Assembly (NCBI GenBank): GCA_030648055.1
Contig: JAUSHI010000009.1
Span: forward strand, 47,722-111,721
Source of the DNA: a bacterium
GTDB lineage: Bacteria; Patescibacteriota; Minisyncoccia; Sungbacterales; SURF-37
DNA: 64,000 nucleotides
Direction: 5' to 3'
Shown here one piece after another: positions 1 to 9,045 of this stretch. A program made the translations under genes and the position numbers. Below the pieces are notes generated by a model that saw nothing but the letters and a program-made list of their open reading frames with translations, was not told where the DNA came from and did no database searches. Each line of letters begins with the position of its first letter. The first letter of the stretch is position 1.

Positions 1-73
1 AGCGGGACGATGGAGCACCACGTTATATATGCTCCACAAAGTAATGAAGTGCCGAGCGATGAGGCAACCTTTT

Positions 74-781
74 TTATGTTAATGCGCTATCCTCCTCCTT
101 TGCCGTAAGGCGCCAGCTGCGTTCGTCTTTGGTTACGAGTTTTGACCGCGAGATATGGAATTTGGGACGTGCGATCGCAAGGTGATACGGGAGAAGTTCA
201 TCTTTTCCGGTGACGGTGGAGCCCGCCGCGATCATTGCGCCTTCCGGCACAGTGATCGGGGCAACAAGGCATACGTTTGTTCCGATGAACGCGTCGTTGC
301 CGATGGTTGTTTGATGCTTTGTTTCCCCGTCATAGTTTGCGGTAACGACCCCCGCGCCAATGTTCACATCTTCTCCGACAACGGCATCTCCGAGATATCC
401 GTGATGCATCATTTTCGAACGAGCGCCGAACTGCGTGCGCTTAAGCTGTGCGGTATAGCCGAGCTCCGCGTTGTCTCCGACTTCGCTATTTTCCACTCGT
501 GCGCCTGCGATGATCACATTGTCGCCTATAATTGAATCAATGATGACCGAACCGAATCTTATCTTGCAGTTTTTGCCTATGACGGTTTTTCCTTCAATCC
601 ATACGTTCGGTTCAATGACCGTTCCGCCTCCGATACGCGTTTCAGTTGAGATATATATGTTTAAAGGATCAATGAATTTCGGCACGATTTCGTTGGGAAG
701 ATTTCCCCAGTGGCGGAAAAAAAGGACAAGCGTATTCCACAGGTTTTTGCGTTGCCAGCGGTAGGCGTTTGGTACCTTCAT
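74..781 (-). CDS. Hexapeptide-repeat (left-handed beta-helix) acetyltransferase resembling the GlmU C-terminal domain
   Basis: The 235-aa ORF has tandem hexapeptide repeats and a GlmU-like C-terminus (NYDGETKHQTTIGNDAFIGTNVCLVAPITV). No N-terminal nucleotidyltransferase domain lies in the same ORF. An SD (aaaggagttgaaATG) precedes the start. Confidence 0.6.
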   Translation of the reverse strand: MKVPNAYRWQRKNLWNTLVLFFRHWGNLPNEIVPKFIDPLNIYISTETRIGGGTVIEPNVWIEGKTVIGKNCKIRFGSVIIDSIIGDNVIIAGARVENSEVGDNAELGYTAQLKRTQFGARSKMMHHGYLGDAVVGEDVNIGAGVVTANYDGETKHQTTIGNDAFIGTNVCLVAPITVPEGAMIAAGSTVTGKDELLPYHLAIARPKFHISRSKLVTKDERSWRLTAKEEDSALT

Positions 782-937
782 TTCAACTCCTTTTGAAAGA
801 ACTTGTGCTCGAAGCCGTGATTGTTATGTAGCATATCCGGTGTCGCAACGGCAAATTTAGATTATAGAAATATAAAATATGGTGTGAAGCGGGCACTGTG
901 GTGTTGTGACATCAGGCATAAACTATCGGGTTACAAA

Positions 938-1918
938 ATGGGTATAATAATTTATCGGGTCATGAGGAAAAAACTGGCGAAAAATAAAAAAGTCGTTGTT
1001 ATCGGCGGGGGAACAGGTGTTTTTACCGTGCTTTCCGGGCTTCGCAAGTATTCGCTTGATCTTACAGCGGTTATTTCAATGGCTGATGACGGCGGCTCAA
1101 CGGGCGTTTTGCGGGAAGAGTTCGGCATTCTTCCGCCGGGCGACATAAGAAGAGTGCTTGTGGCTATGTCGCGAACGGACGACCGCCTGCTTTCCGATTT
1201 ATTCAATTATCGTTTTGACCGTGGCGGACTGATGGGTCATACATTCGGAAACATAATGCTTACGGCGTTAGAACGCCTTACCGGAAGTTTTGAGAGCGCG
1301 ATAAAAGAGGCCTGCCGGATTCTCGGCGTGGAGGGCGATGTTTTGCCGGTAACGCTTACCAACACGCGGCTTGCCGCCGAATTGGAAGACGGTACCATAA
1401 TTCACGGCGAATCAAACATTAACATACCCAAACATAACGGCGGTCTCAAAATTAAACGTGTGTGGCTTGACCCTAAAGCTAAAATCAACGAGCGGGCGCG
1501 CGCGGCTTTAATCGCGGCGGACATGATTGTTATAGGGCCGGGCGATCTTTATACGAGCATAATTCCCAACCTCGTCGTTGGGGGCGTGGCTGACGCCATT
1601 CGGAAGTCCATGGCCCAAAAAGTGTACGTGGTTAATCTTATGACTAAGTGGGGGGAAACAAACGGATTTAAGGCACCAGATTTTATTGCCAGTATTGAAA
1701 AATATCTCGGCAAGGGTGTGCTTGATTACGCGCTTGTCAATTCCAAACAACCCTCTTCAGAACGGTTGAAGCATTACGAAAAAGAATCCGCCGAGTTTGT
1801 TGTCGCGGGCGGGTTTTTGAAAAAACCGGTTCCGGTTTTTGGAGATTTTTTGCGGAAAAAAGGTTTTGTGCGCCACGACCCAGACCGTCTTGCTAAAACT
1901 ATTGTGTCGCTATTATAA
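938..1918 (+). CDS. yvcK: Gluconeogenesis factor YvcK / CofD-like (UPF0052)
   Basis: VVIGGGTG...AVISMADDGGSTGVLREEFGILPPGDIRR is near-identical in pattern to B. subtilis YvcK. The start is probably the internal ATG at 938 or 962 rather than the ORF-track start at 821. Confidence 0.85.
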   Translation: MGIIIYRVMRKKLAKNKKVVVIGGGTGVFTVLSGLRKYSLDLTAVISMADDGGSTGVLREEFGILPPGDIRRVLVAMSRTDDRLLSDLFNYRFDRGGLMGHTFGNIMLTALERLTGSFESAIKEACRILGVEGDVLPVTLTNTRLAAELEDGTIIHGESNINIPKHNGGLKIKRVWLDPKAKINERARAALIAADMIVIGPGDLYTSIIPNLVVGGVADAIRKSMAQKVYVVNLMTKWGETNGFKAPDFIASIEKYLGKGVLDYALVNSKQPSSERLKHYEKESAEFVVAGGFLKKPVPVFGDFLRKKGFVRHDPDRLAKTIVSLL

Positions 1919-2150
1919 AATGAGCCGGGCGGCTTATTTTTTTGTAGAATACTGCCGCGCTTTTCAAAACGCGCGGCGACTTGTTTTCGGGAGATAAAAT
2001 TGTTATCACTTTGGTATGCCGGGTAGTGAAAATTCGAATAGCCGCGTAGCGGCAAAATGAATTCAAATTAATACTTGGTGCAGTTTATTTATTCTGTTTT
2101 TTTATGAGAGGTCTTAGTTGTTAAATAATTCAAACTTCTACATACCCGGT

Positions 2151-2786
2151 ATGGCGTTAAAAATTATAAAACTTACTCAAGAAAATTATCAAAAAGCGCT
2201 TTCCTCCGCGGAGAAGGTTTTGAAGGGCGGCGGGATTGTTGTCGGGCCGAGCGATACGGTTTACGGCGTTTACGCCAGCGCTTTTGATAAAAAAGCGGTA
2301 AAAAAAATTTTTCAGTTTAAAAAACGCTCGCTTGAAAAAGCTTTACCCCTTTTTGTTAAAGATATCCAGCGCGCGCGGAAACTTGCTTATATTGATGACC
2401 GAAAAGCCGGGTTTTTGAATAAAGTGTGGCCAGGCCCGGTAACCGTAGTTTTTTACAAAAAAGATATTATTTCGGATTTAGTAAGCGGCGGAAAAGAAAC
2501 GGCGGGATTTCGCGTTCCCGATTATGTTTTTCTTGCGGATTTGATGGGCCGCGTTGATTTTCCAATCGCTCAAACTTCGGCGAATATTTCCGGCAACGAA
2601 CCGATTCGTTCTTTTGAGGAAGCTAAAGAACTCTGGAAAAACGAAAAATTAATTGATTTAATGCTTGACGGCGGAGAGCTGGCCAAGCAATCGTCAACCG
2701 TGATTGATTTTTCTCATAACGAGCCGATAATTTTACGTTCGGGAGTTATAACCAAAAAAGAACTTGACGAGGCGCTCGGCCGGTGA
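2151..2786 (+). CDS. tsaC: L-threonylcarbamoyladenylate synthase (YrdC/Sua5/TsaC family)
   Basis: The YrdC-fold signature (GGIVVGPSDTVYGVYASAFD) and its length support the call. The ATG at 2151 is preferred over the TTG at 2118. Confidence 0.75.
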   Translation: MALKIIKLTQENYQKALSSAEKVLKGGGIVVGPSDTVYGVYASAFDKKAVKKIFQFKKRSLEKALPLFVKDIQRARKLAYIDDRKAGFLNKVWPGPVTVVFYKKDIISDLVSGGKETAGFRVPDYVFLADLMGRVDFPIAQTSANISGNEPIRSFEEAKELWKNEKLIDLMLDGGELAKQSSTVIDFSHNEPIILRSGVITKKELDEALGR

Positions 2787-2828
2787 TAATTTGCAGGTAC
2801 TCTTTCACACAGAAAGGCGGAGGGTGGA

Positions 2829-3212
2829 ATGAGGAAGATTGCGAATGCCGCAATTATCCGCGATAACCGAGTTCTCCTTGTTCAGGAAAAAGATAGGACG
2901 GTGTGGACCTTTCCCGGCGGCGGAATTGAGACGCATGAAAGCGACGAGATGTGTTTGCGCCGGGAGTTGCGCGAGGAGTTGGAGGGCATTGAGAGCGTCG
3001 CGTTTGCCTTCTTAACGTTCTTTTATGGGACAAGTGTTGCAAGCGTGGATTCCATTCTTATATTTCTGTATCGCGCCGAGGTCTTGGGGCGTCTTCTGCC
3101 CGGGCAGAACGCGCGGCACATCGCATGGGTTATGGCGGACACCAGCTATCCGGTCACGGAAGCCACGAAGTCGTTTCTACAGACGCTGAAAGATAGGGGT
3201 TACCTCGCGTAG
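2829..3212 (+). CDS. NUDIX hydrolase
   Basis: Nudix box GGGIETHESDEMCLRRELREELEG (GX5EX7REUXEEXGU). Confidence 0.8.
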   Translation: MRKIANAAIIRDNRVLLVQEKDRTVWTFPGGGIETHESDEMCLRRELREELEGIESVAFAFLTFFYGTSVASVDSILIFLYRAEVLGRLLPGQNARHIAWVMADTSYPVTEATKSFLQTLKDRGYLA

Positions 3213-3276
3213 CCCCTTTTTTATTCACAGAGCGGCGGTTGCAACGGCATATACGCGCGGGTATGATACAAAGATT

Positions 3277-3954
3277 ATGCTATTATCGCGAGACGCAATT
3301 TTGCGGCATTTCAAGGAGGGGACAATCGTCATTGACCCATATGATGAAAGAAAATTAAAGACCACGAGCTATGATGTAACGCTTGGCGAATGGTTTTGGA
3401 AAGAAAAACATCCTGATGGCGGAGCTACATTGCATAACTTATACGACGAAGAATCCACCAAGCGCGTGTGGTCGGGGCCTTATCAGGCAGAGTTCTCCCA
3501 GGATGTCGCGGGGCGCACAAATGTTCCGTTAAAGAACATCAAGCCCGACGAAAGGGTTATACTTTTGCGGCCCGGAGAAACGGTTTTGGCGCATACTATT
3601 GAATTTATCGGCGGCCGCCATAAAATTGTCGGCAAGATGTACGCGCGTTCTTCCCTCGGCAGGAATTTTGTTGAGGTATGCAAAGACGCCGGCTGGGGAG
3701 ATATCGGATATTTTAACCGCTGGACAATGGAGGTTACGAATAATTCTCAATATTTTACCATCCCGCTTGTCGTTGGCCGCAGAATTGGGCAGATGGTTTT
3801 CTATGAAGTTGAGCCTTTAAAAAACGCGTTGGATTATGTCGGTGAGGGAGGAAAATATCAGCTTTCGCAGGAAATTGAAGAAGTCAAAAAATCATGGAAT
3901 CCAAACATGATGATTCCTCAGATGCATAAAGATTGGGAAGTGCGCTCGCAGTAA
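3277..3954 (+). CDS. dcd: dCTP deaminase family protein (dUTPase superfamily)
   Basis: The N-terminus MLLSRDAILRHFKEGTIVIDPYD plus 225 aa is typical of Dcd-like enzymes. Confidence 0.7.
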   Translation: MLLSRDAILRHFKEGTIVIDPYDERKLKTTSYDVTLGEWFWKEKHPDGGATLHNLYDEESTKRVWSGPYQAEFSQDVAGRTNVPLKNIKPDERVILLRPGETVLAHTIEFIGGRHKIVGKMYARSSLGRNFVEVCKDAGWGDIGYFNRWTMEVTNNSQYFTIPLVVGRRIGQMVFYEVEPLKNALDYVGEGGKYQLSQEIEEVKKSWNPNMMIPQMHKDWEVRSQ

Positions 3955-4205
3955 CCCAAAAATTTTCAGCTCCGATTCAGACAAAATTTCCTCACGCCCA
4001 GCGCAATATAATTAAGAAAAATTTGAACTCAACCTCGCTTCGGCTTAGCCGAAACTCGGGATTCAAACAGCAAATTTTTCTTATATTGCTCGCGCGTTCG
4101 TTATTTTGTAGCTGAATCTCCGCAATGAAAATTTTTGCATCACTGCTCGCTTTAATGAATACGGACGGTGAATTTGTAGTTATATCTTCGCGATGAAAAA
4201 ATTTA
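3955..4205 (+). repeat. Family A repeat, copy 1 (about 250 bp with a GC hairpin and internal 'aatcggagc / aaaatttt' sub-repeats)
   Basis: It is about 75-80% identical to the reverse complement of 34238..34490. The central hairpin is ttcggc-tta-gccgaa here versus ccccggc-ttgta-gccgggg in copy 2, so the stem is kept by different bases. It starts 1 nt after the dcd stop. Confidence 0.7.
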
Positions 4206-4274
4206 CGCAATACGCGCTTTAGTATTTTCCTAAGGTAGTAATTTTAGAGCCTCTGTCTAAAACTAAAATCAAAA

Positions 4275-4654
4275 ATGAACCCAATTATTTTTGTCATACT
4301 TACTGTTCTAAGTTTTGGGGCCTGGACCGCATTTCATAAACTTGCCTCGCCATATATTAATCAAATATTCTGGGCAATCTTCGTTTCTTTTACTGTAGTA
4401 ATTATAGGAACTATTTGGTTGCTACCCCAATTAAAAAATATACACCTTGTTACAGACTCGAAAGGTGTTTTTTCCCTTGCATTGGCTGGTGTTTGTGCCT
4501 TTTTTATAGATTTATGTGCACTAAAGGCATATTCCGGGGCTTATCAATTATCATTGGCGGCCCAATTATTATAGGTGGTAGCATTGCAGTTGCGGCAATT
4601 ATTGATTTTTTCTTGGGGGATTCGATTGGCGGTAAGTTAAGAGGTATACTATAA
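4275..4654 (+). pseudogene. EamA/DMT-like small membrane transporter, split by a 1-nt frameshift at a G4 tract (~4536)
   Basis: ORFs 4275..4574 and 4415..4654 are the N- and C-halves of one 4-TM protein. Adding one G to the ccgggg run restores ...KAYSGGLSIIIGGPIIIGGSIAVAAIIDFFLGDSIGG. Confidence 0.5.
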
Positions 4655-4657
4655 AGG

Positions 4658-5299
4658 ATGGAACAAAAAAAAAATTACTATATTGCCATGGCTGGGATTA
4701 TGGGGTCGGGTAAGACTACCGTGGCAAAATTACTTTCGCGTGAACTTGGATTCACGCTTTTTGAAGAGACCGTTGCCGAGAATTCCTTTTTGCCGCTTTT
4801 CTATAAAGATGCGCGGCGGTGGGCGTTTCACAACCAGCTTTTCTATCTTCATGATAATGTTCGGCAGCTCAAAACAATACAGGAGATGCTACAACGCATG
4901 AGTGTTGTCCAGGATTCGCTGATTCATGATCATTATTTTACATATACCAAGGCGCAACTTGAGCTTGGTCATATGCTTCCTGCAGAATTTGCTTTGTATG
5001 AACAATATGTAGCCGCAATTTGGCGCGATGTGCCAATTCCTGACTTAATAATTCAGCTGGATGCGTCAGTGTCCGTGCTTGCTGAACGAATTCAGAAGCG
5101 TTCGCGAGATTTTGAAAAAGAAATTGACACGCACTACCTTGAAACGCTTTCTCGCCTGCAGGGCGAATGGGTCCTTGCGCACCCTCACCTTCCCATTCTT
5201 TCCGTCGCGGTTGATCATATTAATTTAGCATCCGGTCGTGAAGACCAGCGGATGTTTATCGGGTTGGTGCGAGAGAGGCTTGGAATTAAAATGAAATAA
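4658..5299 (+). CDS. Deoxynucleoside kinase (dAK/dGK family)
   Basis: P-loop MAGIMGSGKTT with a dNK-family layout over 213 aa. Confidence 0.8.
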   Translation: MEQKKNYYIAMAGIMGSGKTTVAKLLSRELGFTLFEETVAENSFLPLFYKDARRWAFHNQLFYLHDNVRQLKTIQEMLQRMSVVQDSLIHDHYFTYTKAQLELGHMLPAEFALYEQYVAAIWRDVPIPDLIIQLDASVSVLAERIQKRSRDFEKEIDTHYLETLSRLQGEWVLAHPHLPILSVAVDHINLASGREDQRMFIGLVRERLGIKMK

Positions 5300-5341
5300 A
5301 AATTAAAAGACCAGCTCGTGCGCTGGTTTTTTTAAAAATTT

Positions 5342-6113
5342 TTAGGATACGAATGGGATCAGGTCTTCCAGAGAACGAAGTGTTTGTATGCGCGGGTGCT
5401 CCAGGGGTTGCGATTGGAAACCTTCACCACGGTCATGAGGGTTGAAGAGGGGTGAGCTTGAACCGTGCGGCACATAGATACCGCTCCATTCCTTTCCAAG
5501 AGAGAGGGCGGGTAGAATGTCGTTGTCGCCATTGCCGATGGCGAACCACCATTCAAACCGAGAGCTATCGGAAGTGTATCCGCTTACGCGACAGAAATCA
5601 TCCGCGGTTTTCTTCTGTTCTGTTGCCTGTACGCGTTCCTGCGGAAAAAATTCAAAAATGTTCATGTGTGTGGCACGGCGATGGAATAGTGCGGTGTCAT
5701 AGCACGAAAGAAGACAAAGGCGATGGCCGCCCGCTTTCAGGTGTTGGAGAACAGCACGGGCTTCCGGCAACCATTCTAGTTTTGTGTAGTCAAAAGGCAG
5801 ATCACCGATTGCGCGGACAAGCATTTCATGTTCCTGGCGATAATAGTTTTTTCCGAAGCGCCATTTTGCCCATGTGCATACTTCTCGGTAGAAGAGCGCC
5901 ATCGCTTCCGCGACTCTGCCCCGCCGTACTCCCCATTCTTTGAAGAGTTCTAGGTCGATCTCAAAATAACGATCTTTGACGTAGTGCAGGTTAGGGACGT
6001 GTCCTGGAAGCAGTTCATAGAGCACGCGGAAGAATTCTGAACGGGCGTGAGAATATTGCCACTCATTCATCCAGAGCGTGTCATCAGCATCAAAGACGAA
6101 TTACGTTCGGCAT
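5342..6113 (-). pseudogene. HAD-superfamily hydrolase with an apparent 1-nt frameshift immediately after the start codon
   Basis: SD gaggagg plus the ATG at 6113 encode MPNV. One extra nt (~6101) then shifts the frame before the in-frame HAD motif I FVFDADDTLW, which precedes the first ATG (6070) of the long ORF. HAD motif IV (FAIGNGDNDIL) is present. Confidence 0.6.
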
Positions 6114-6232
6114 CTCGTCCTCCTCTTCGCAGGACCTTATTTTTTTAGTAGTATGTGAAAGTACTATTACTGGCTAGTTTATATTGCTTTTCTCGCGGGC
6201 ACAATTTTTCTTATACACAGTATTTGCACACT

Positions 6233-7498
6233 ATGCGCGACAAAGAAATTTTTTCACTCCTTCAGGAAGAAGCAAAGCGTCAGCAGGAGACGCTTGATTT
6301 GATACCGTCGGAAAATATTGCCTCCGCGGCGGTGCGCGAAGCGCTTGGCTCGGAATTTGTTAATAAGTATTCGGAAGGATATCCGGGAAAACGTTATTAC
6401 GGCGGGAATAAAATCGTTGACGAGGTTGAATTGCTCGCCCAAGAACGCGCGCGCAAAGTTTTTCATCTCGGTAAAAATTGGCACGTAAACGTTCAGCCGT
6501 ATTCGGGTTCTCCGGCAAATATGGCGGTCTATTACGCCCTTTTGGGTCCGTGTGAGTCTGCGCCAAGTCAGCGTAAGTCCGCGGATATTCTGGGCATGTC
6601 GCTTCCGTTCGGCGGGCATTTGACGCACGGATGGAAAGTTAATTTTTCGGGGAGATTTTATAAGTCGGCGCAGTACACGGTCGGTCGTGATGGGTTGATT
6701 GATTACAACGAAGTCGCGCGTCTCGCACGGAAAGAACGGCCAAAAATAATTGTAGCGGGCGCGACCGCGTATCCGCGGATTATTGATTTCAAAAAGTTTG
6801 CGGCCATCAGCCGCGAAGTCGGAGCGTATTTTATGGCGGATATCGCGCACATTGCCGGGCTTATTGCCGCCGGCGCTCATCCAACGCCTTTTCCTTTCGC
6901 GGATGTCGTGACAACGACCACGCATAAAACCCTTCGCGGCCCCAGAGGGGCTATGATATTCGCAAACAAAAATTCGCAGGTTGCAAAAAAGAATTTGGTT
7001 GATATTGCCTCAGCCATAGACCGAGCGGTATTTCCAGCCTTACAGGGCGGGCCTCATGACAACCAAACCGCAGCTATTGCCGTTGCGCTCGGCGAGGCCA
7101 TGGAGCCGTCGTTCAAAAAATACGGCCATCAGATCGTGAAAAACGCGAAAGTGCTTGCGCGCGAATTGCAAAAACTCGGATTCCGGCTGGTATCTGGCGG
7201 TACGGATAATCATTTGATGCTCGTGGACCTTACCAACCTCGGCATTTCCGGCAGAGAGGCCCAAGACCGGCTGGAGGAGGCGGGCATTATCGTCAACCGG
7301 AATACTATCCCGTACGATACGCGCTCGCCCTTTGATCCTTCAGGCATTCGTGTCGGCACACCATCAGTTACTACGCGAGGGATGAAAGAAAAAGAAATTA
7401 AAATAATTGCCGGATTTATTTATGAAGCTTTGACGAATGGCGGTGGGCGTGCTATGAATTTTAAAGTTAAAGCTCTTTGCAGAAAATTTCCTGTATAA
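6233..7498 (+). CDS. glyA: Serine hydroxymethyltransferase
   Basis: SHMT motifs (DLIPSENIASAAV, GYPGKRYYGG, HLTHG, PLP Lys in TTTHKTLRGPRG). The internal ATG at 6233 matches the canonical N-terminus. Confidence 0.92.
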   Translation: MRDKEIFSLLQEEAKRQQETLDLIPSENIASAAVREALGSEFVNKYSEGYPGKRYYGGNKIVDEVELLAQERARKVFHLGKNWHVNVQPYSGSPANMAVYYALLGPCESAPSQRKSADILGMSLPFGGHLTHGWKVNFSGRFYKSAQYTVGRDGLIDYNEVARLARKERPKIIVAGATAYPRIIDFKKFAAISREVGAYFMADIAHIAGLIAAGAHPTPFPFADVVTTTTHKTLRGPRGAMIFANKNSQVAKKNLVDIASAIDRAVFPALQGGPHDNQTAAIAVALGEAMEPSFKKYGHQIVKNAKVLARELQKLGFRLVSGGTDNHLMLVDLTNLGISGREAQDRLEEAGIIVNRNTIPYDTRSPFDPSGIRVGTPSVTTRGMKEKEIKIIAGFIYEALTNGGGRAMNFKVKALCRKFPV

Positions 7499-7505
7499 GG
7501 AGGGT

Positions 7506-7757
7506 TTGGCCATGACCATGAGGAAGCTAGAAATTTATAGCGGTATGATTATAATTTTATTGGGGATTGTATGGTTTGCTTTGATGACTTGGGCGATGAC
7601 TCTGCCCGGAGGAGGCGTTTACGTTTTACGGCACGGGGGTTCTGTTCATTCCGGTGAGTTTCTTTGGCAGACATTTGCAGTGTTAGTGGGTGTTTGGGCT
7701 GTTTTTATGGGGATGTTGGTTCTTAAAGAAGGGCGGAATACCAAAAAAGATCTTTGA
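7506..7757 (+). CDS. Small membrane protein (2 TM)
   Basis: A strong SD (aaggagg) sits 7 nt upstream and there are two hydrophobic helices. Function unknown. Confidence 0.45.
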   Translation: MAMTMRKLEIYSGMIIILLGIVWFALMTWAMTLPGGGVYVLRHGGSVHSGEFLWQTFAVLVGVWAVFMGMLVLKEGRNTKKDL

Positions 7758-7800
7758 TTAGGATGAGGAAGCCATCGCGCCTCCTCGGTAGTAGAATTTC

Positions 7801-7826
7801 GGTCCGCCTTAGGCGGATTTTTCTTT
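7801..7826 (+). terminator. Rho-independent terminator (tccgcc-tta-ggcgga + T-run)
   Basis: Hairpin followed by TTTTTCTTT, downstream of glyA and the small ORF. Confidence 0.6.
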
Positions 7827-7981
7827 GTCGAAACTCACTACCGGGCCTCGCTTTTTTGTTTGGTTTTTATCTTAATTCAAAATGACCGGCCGGCCATTTT
7901 TAATTAAGATAAATTTTGGGTGGGTTTTATTGGTTGATTTTGTTGGTTGAGAAAGATTCCAAAATTTGTTACATTTAATCC

Positions 7982-8821
7982 ATGATTTTACTTGATGGCA
8001 GAAAACTTGCCGAGAAAATTCTCTCCGGTTTAAGGGAGGAAATCGTAAAGCGCAAGAAATTATTGCGGCTTGCCGTTGTGGTCGTCGGTGAAAATCCGGT
8101 GACTTTGAAATTTATTGAACAAAAAACGAAGGTCGCGAAATCTATCGGCGTTGACGTACGCGTTTATCATTTTAAAGAAGGAGTTACGACAAACGCGCTT
8201 CGTAAAAATATCGCCGCGATTGTGCGAGAAAAGAAAAACTCCGGCGTTGTTATTCAGCTTCCTTTGCCGCCACACATTAATTCGCAATATATTTTGAATG
8301 CCGTTCCTTCGGAAAAAGACGCTGACGTATTGTCAGCCAAGGCCCTCGGCAATTTTTTTGTCGGTAAGGCGGCTGTTTTGCCGCCGGTTGTCGGCGCGGT
8401 CAAGGCCCTTTTTAAAGAATATAACATTGATTGCCGCGGAAAAAATATAGCGGTGGCGGGCGCGGGGCGTTTGGTCGGCAAGCCCGTTGTGGCATGGCTC
8501 ATAAACGAGACTGGCACGGTAAGCATAGTAAATGAATTTACAAAAGATATTACTCAGTTTACGCGCGGGGCCGATATTATTATTTCAGGGGTTGGAAAGC
8601 CGAAACTTATAACTGGCGACATGGTAAAGGAGGGGGTTGTGGTAATTGACGCGGGAACTTCAGAGGCGGGCGGGAAGATCGCGGGTGACGTTGATTTTGA
8701 TTCAGTATCCGGAAAAGCGGCTTATATTACTCCTGTTCCCGGGGGCATCGGGCCGGTAACAGTCGCGATGTTGCTTGATAATTTAGTTACGCTTTCTAAA
8801 CAGAAAAGACAGACAGAATAA
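7982..8821 (+). CDS. folD: Bifunctional methylene-THF dehydrogenase / methenyl-THF cyclohydrolase
   Basis: FolD pattern (LLDGRKLA, PGGIGPVTVAML) over 279 aa. Confidence 0.9.
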   Translation: MILLDGRKLAEKILSGLREEIVKRKKLLRLAVVVVGENPVTLKFIEQKTKVAKSIGVDVRVYHFKEGVTTNALRKNIAAIVREKKNSGVVIQLPLPPHINSQYILNAVPSEKDADVLSAKALGNFFVGKAAVLPPVVGAVKALFKEYNIDCRGKNIAVAGAGRLVGKPVVAWLINETGTVSIVNEFTKDITQFTRGADIIISGVGKPKLITGDMVKEGVVVIDAGTSEAGGKIAGDVDFDSVSGKAAYITPVPGGIGPVTVAMLLDNLVTLSKQKRQTE

Positions 8822-9045
8822 AAGTTAGGGAAAATTAATAGCCCCATGGTTGCTTGTCTTCCAGTTTTACTGAGTAATGTTTATAAAAAGGGGGTTGGCG
8901 CGGGGGACTGCCTTAGAATTAATTAGTTATTTTGAATAGTACTTTTCGTGCGAAAAGTACTATGGAGAGGTTATTTGTTATGGCTACTCAATCGTGTTTC
9001 GCAGACGGACCAAACAAAAAATGACGGCGAGTTCGTCATTTAAAT

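Noticed and set aside
1-73. Possible upstream gene fragment or palindrome (ggagcaccacgttatatatgctccac) at the window start
   Set aside because: It is too short to assess. It has only a 6-8-bp stem and no T-run, so it is left unannotated.
3933-4115. Small ORF (60 aa) and its look-alike 34239..34466 (-) sharing ...SAPIQTKFP...RNIIKKNLNS, as a small protein family
   Set aside because: The similarity arises from the Family A nucleotide repeat in inverted orientation. The ORFs lack SD sequences and fall in a different relative frame over part of the alignment, so the conservation is at the DNA/RNA level.
6254-6925. Long antisense ORF (223 aa) inside glyA, with similar shadow ORFs inside rel (31379..32319 +), topA (34834..36510 +), dprA (37250..37915 +), mfd (50207..51453 +) and the RNR (61458..63269 -)
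   Set aside because: They are opposite-strand overlaps of strongly supported conserved genes. Their translations are low-complexity Arg/Ser-rich with no motifs, so they are shadow ORFs.
7757-7982. Possible tRNA or other structured RNA in the 225-bp glyA-folD spacer
   Set aside because: No cloverleaf with a T-loop (GTTCRANT) could be drawn. Its content is explained by a terminator hairpin, a CCSGGTAGTGA motif copy and a palindrome.
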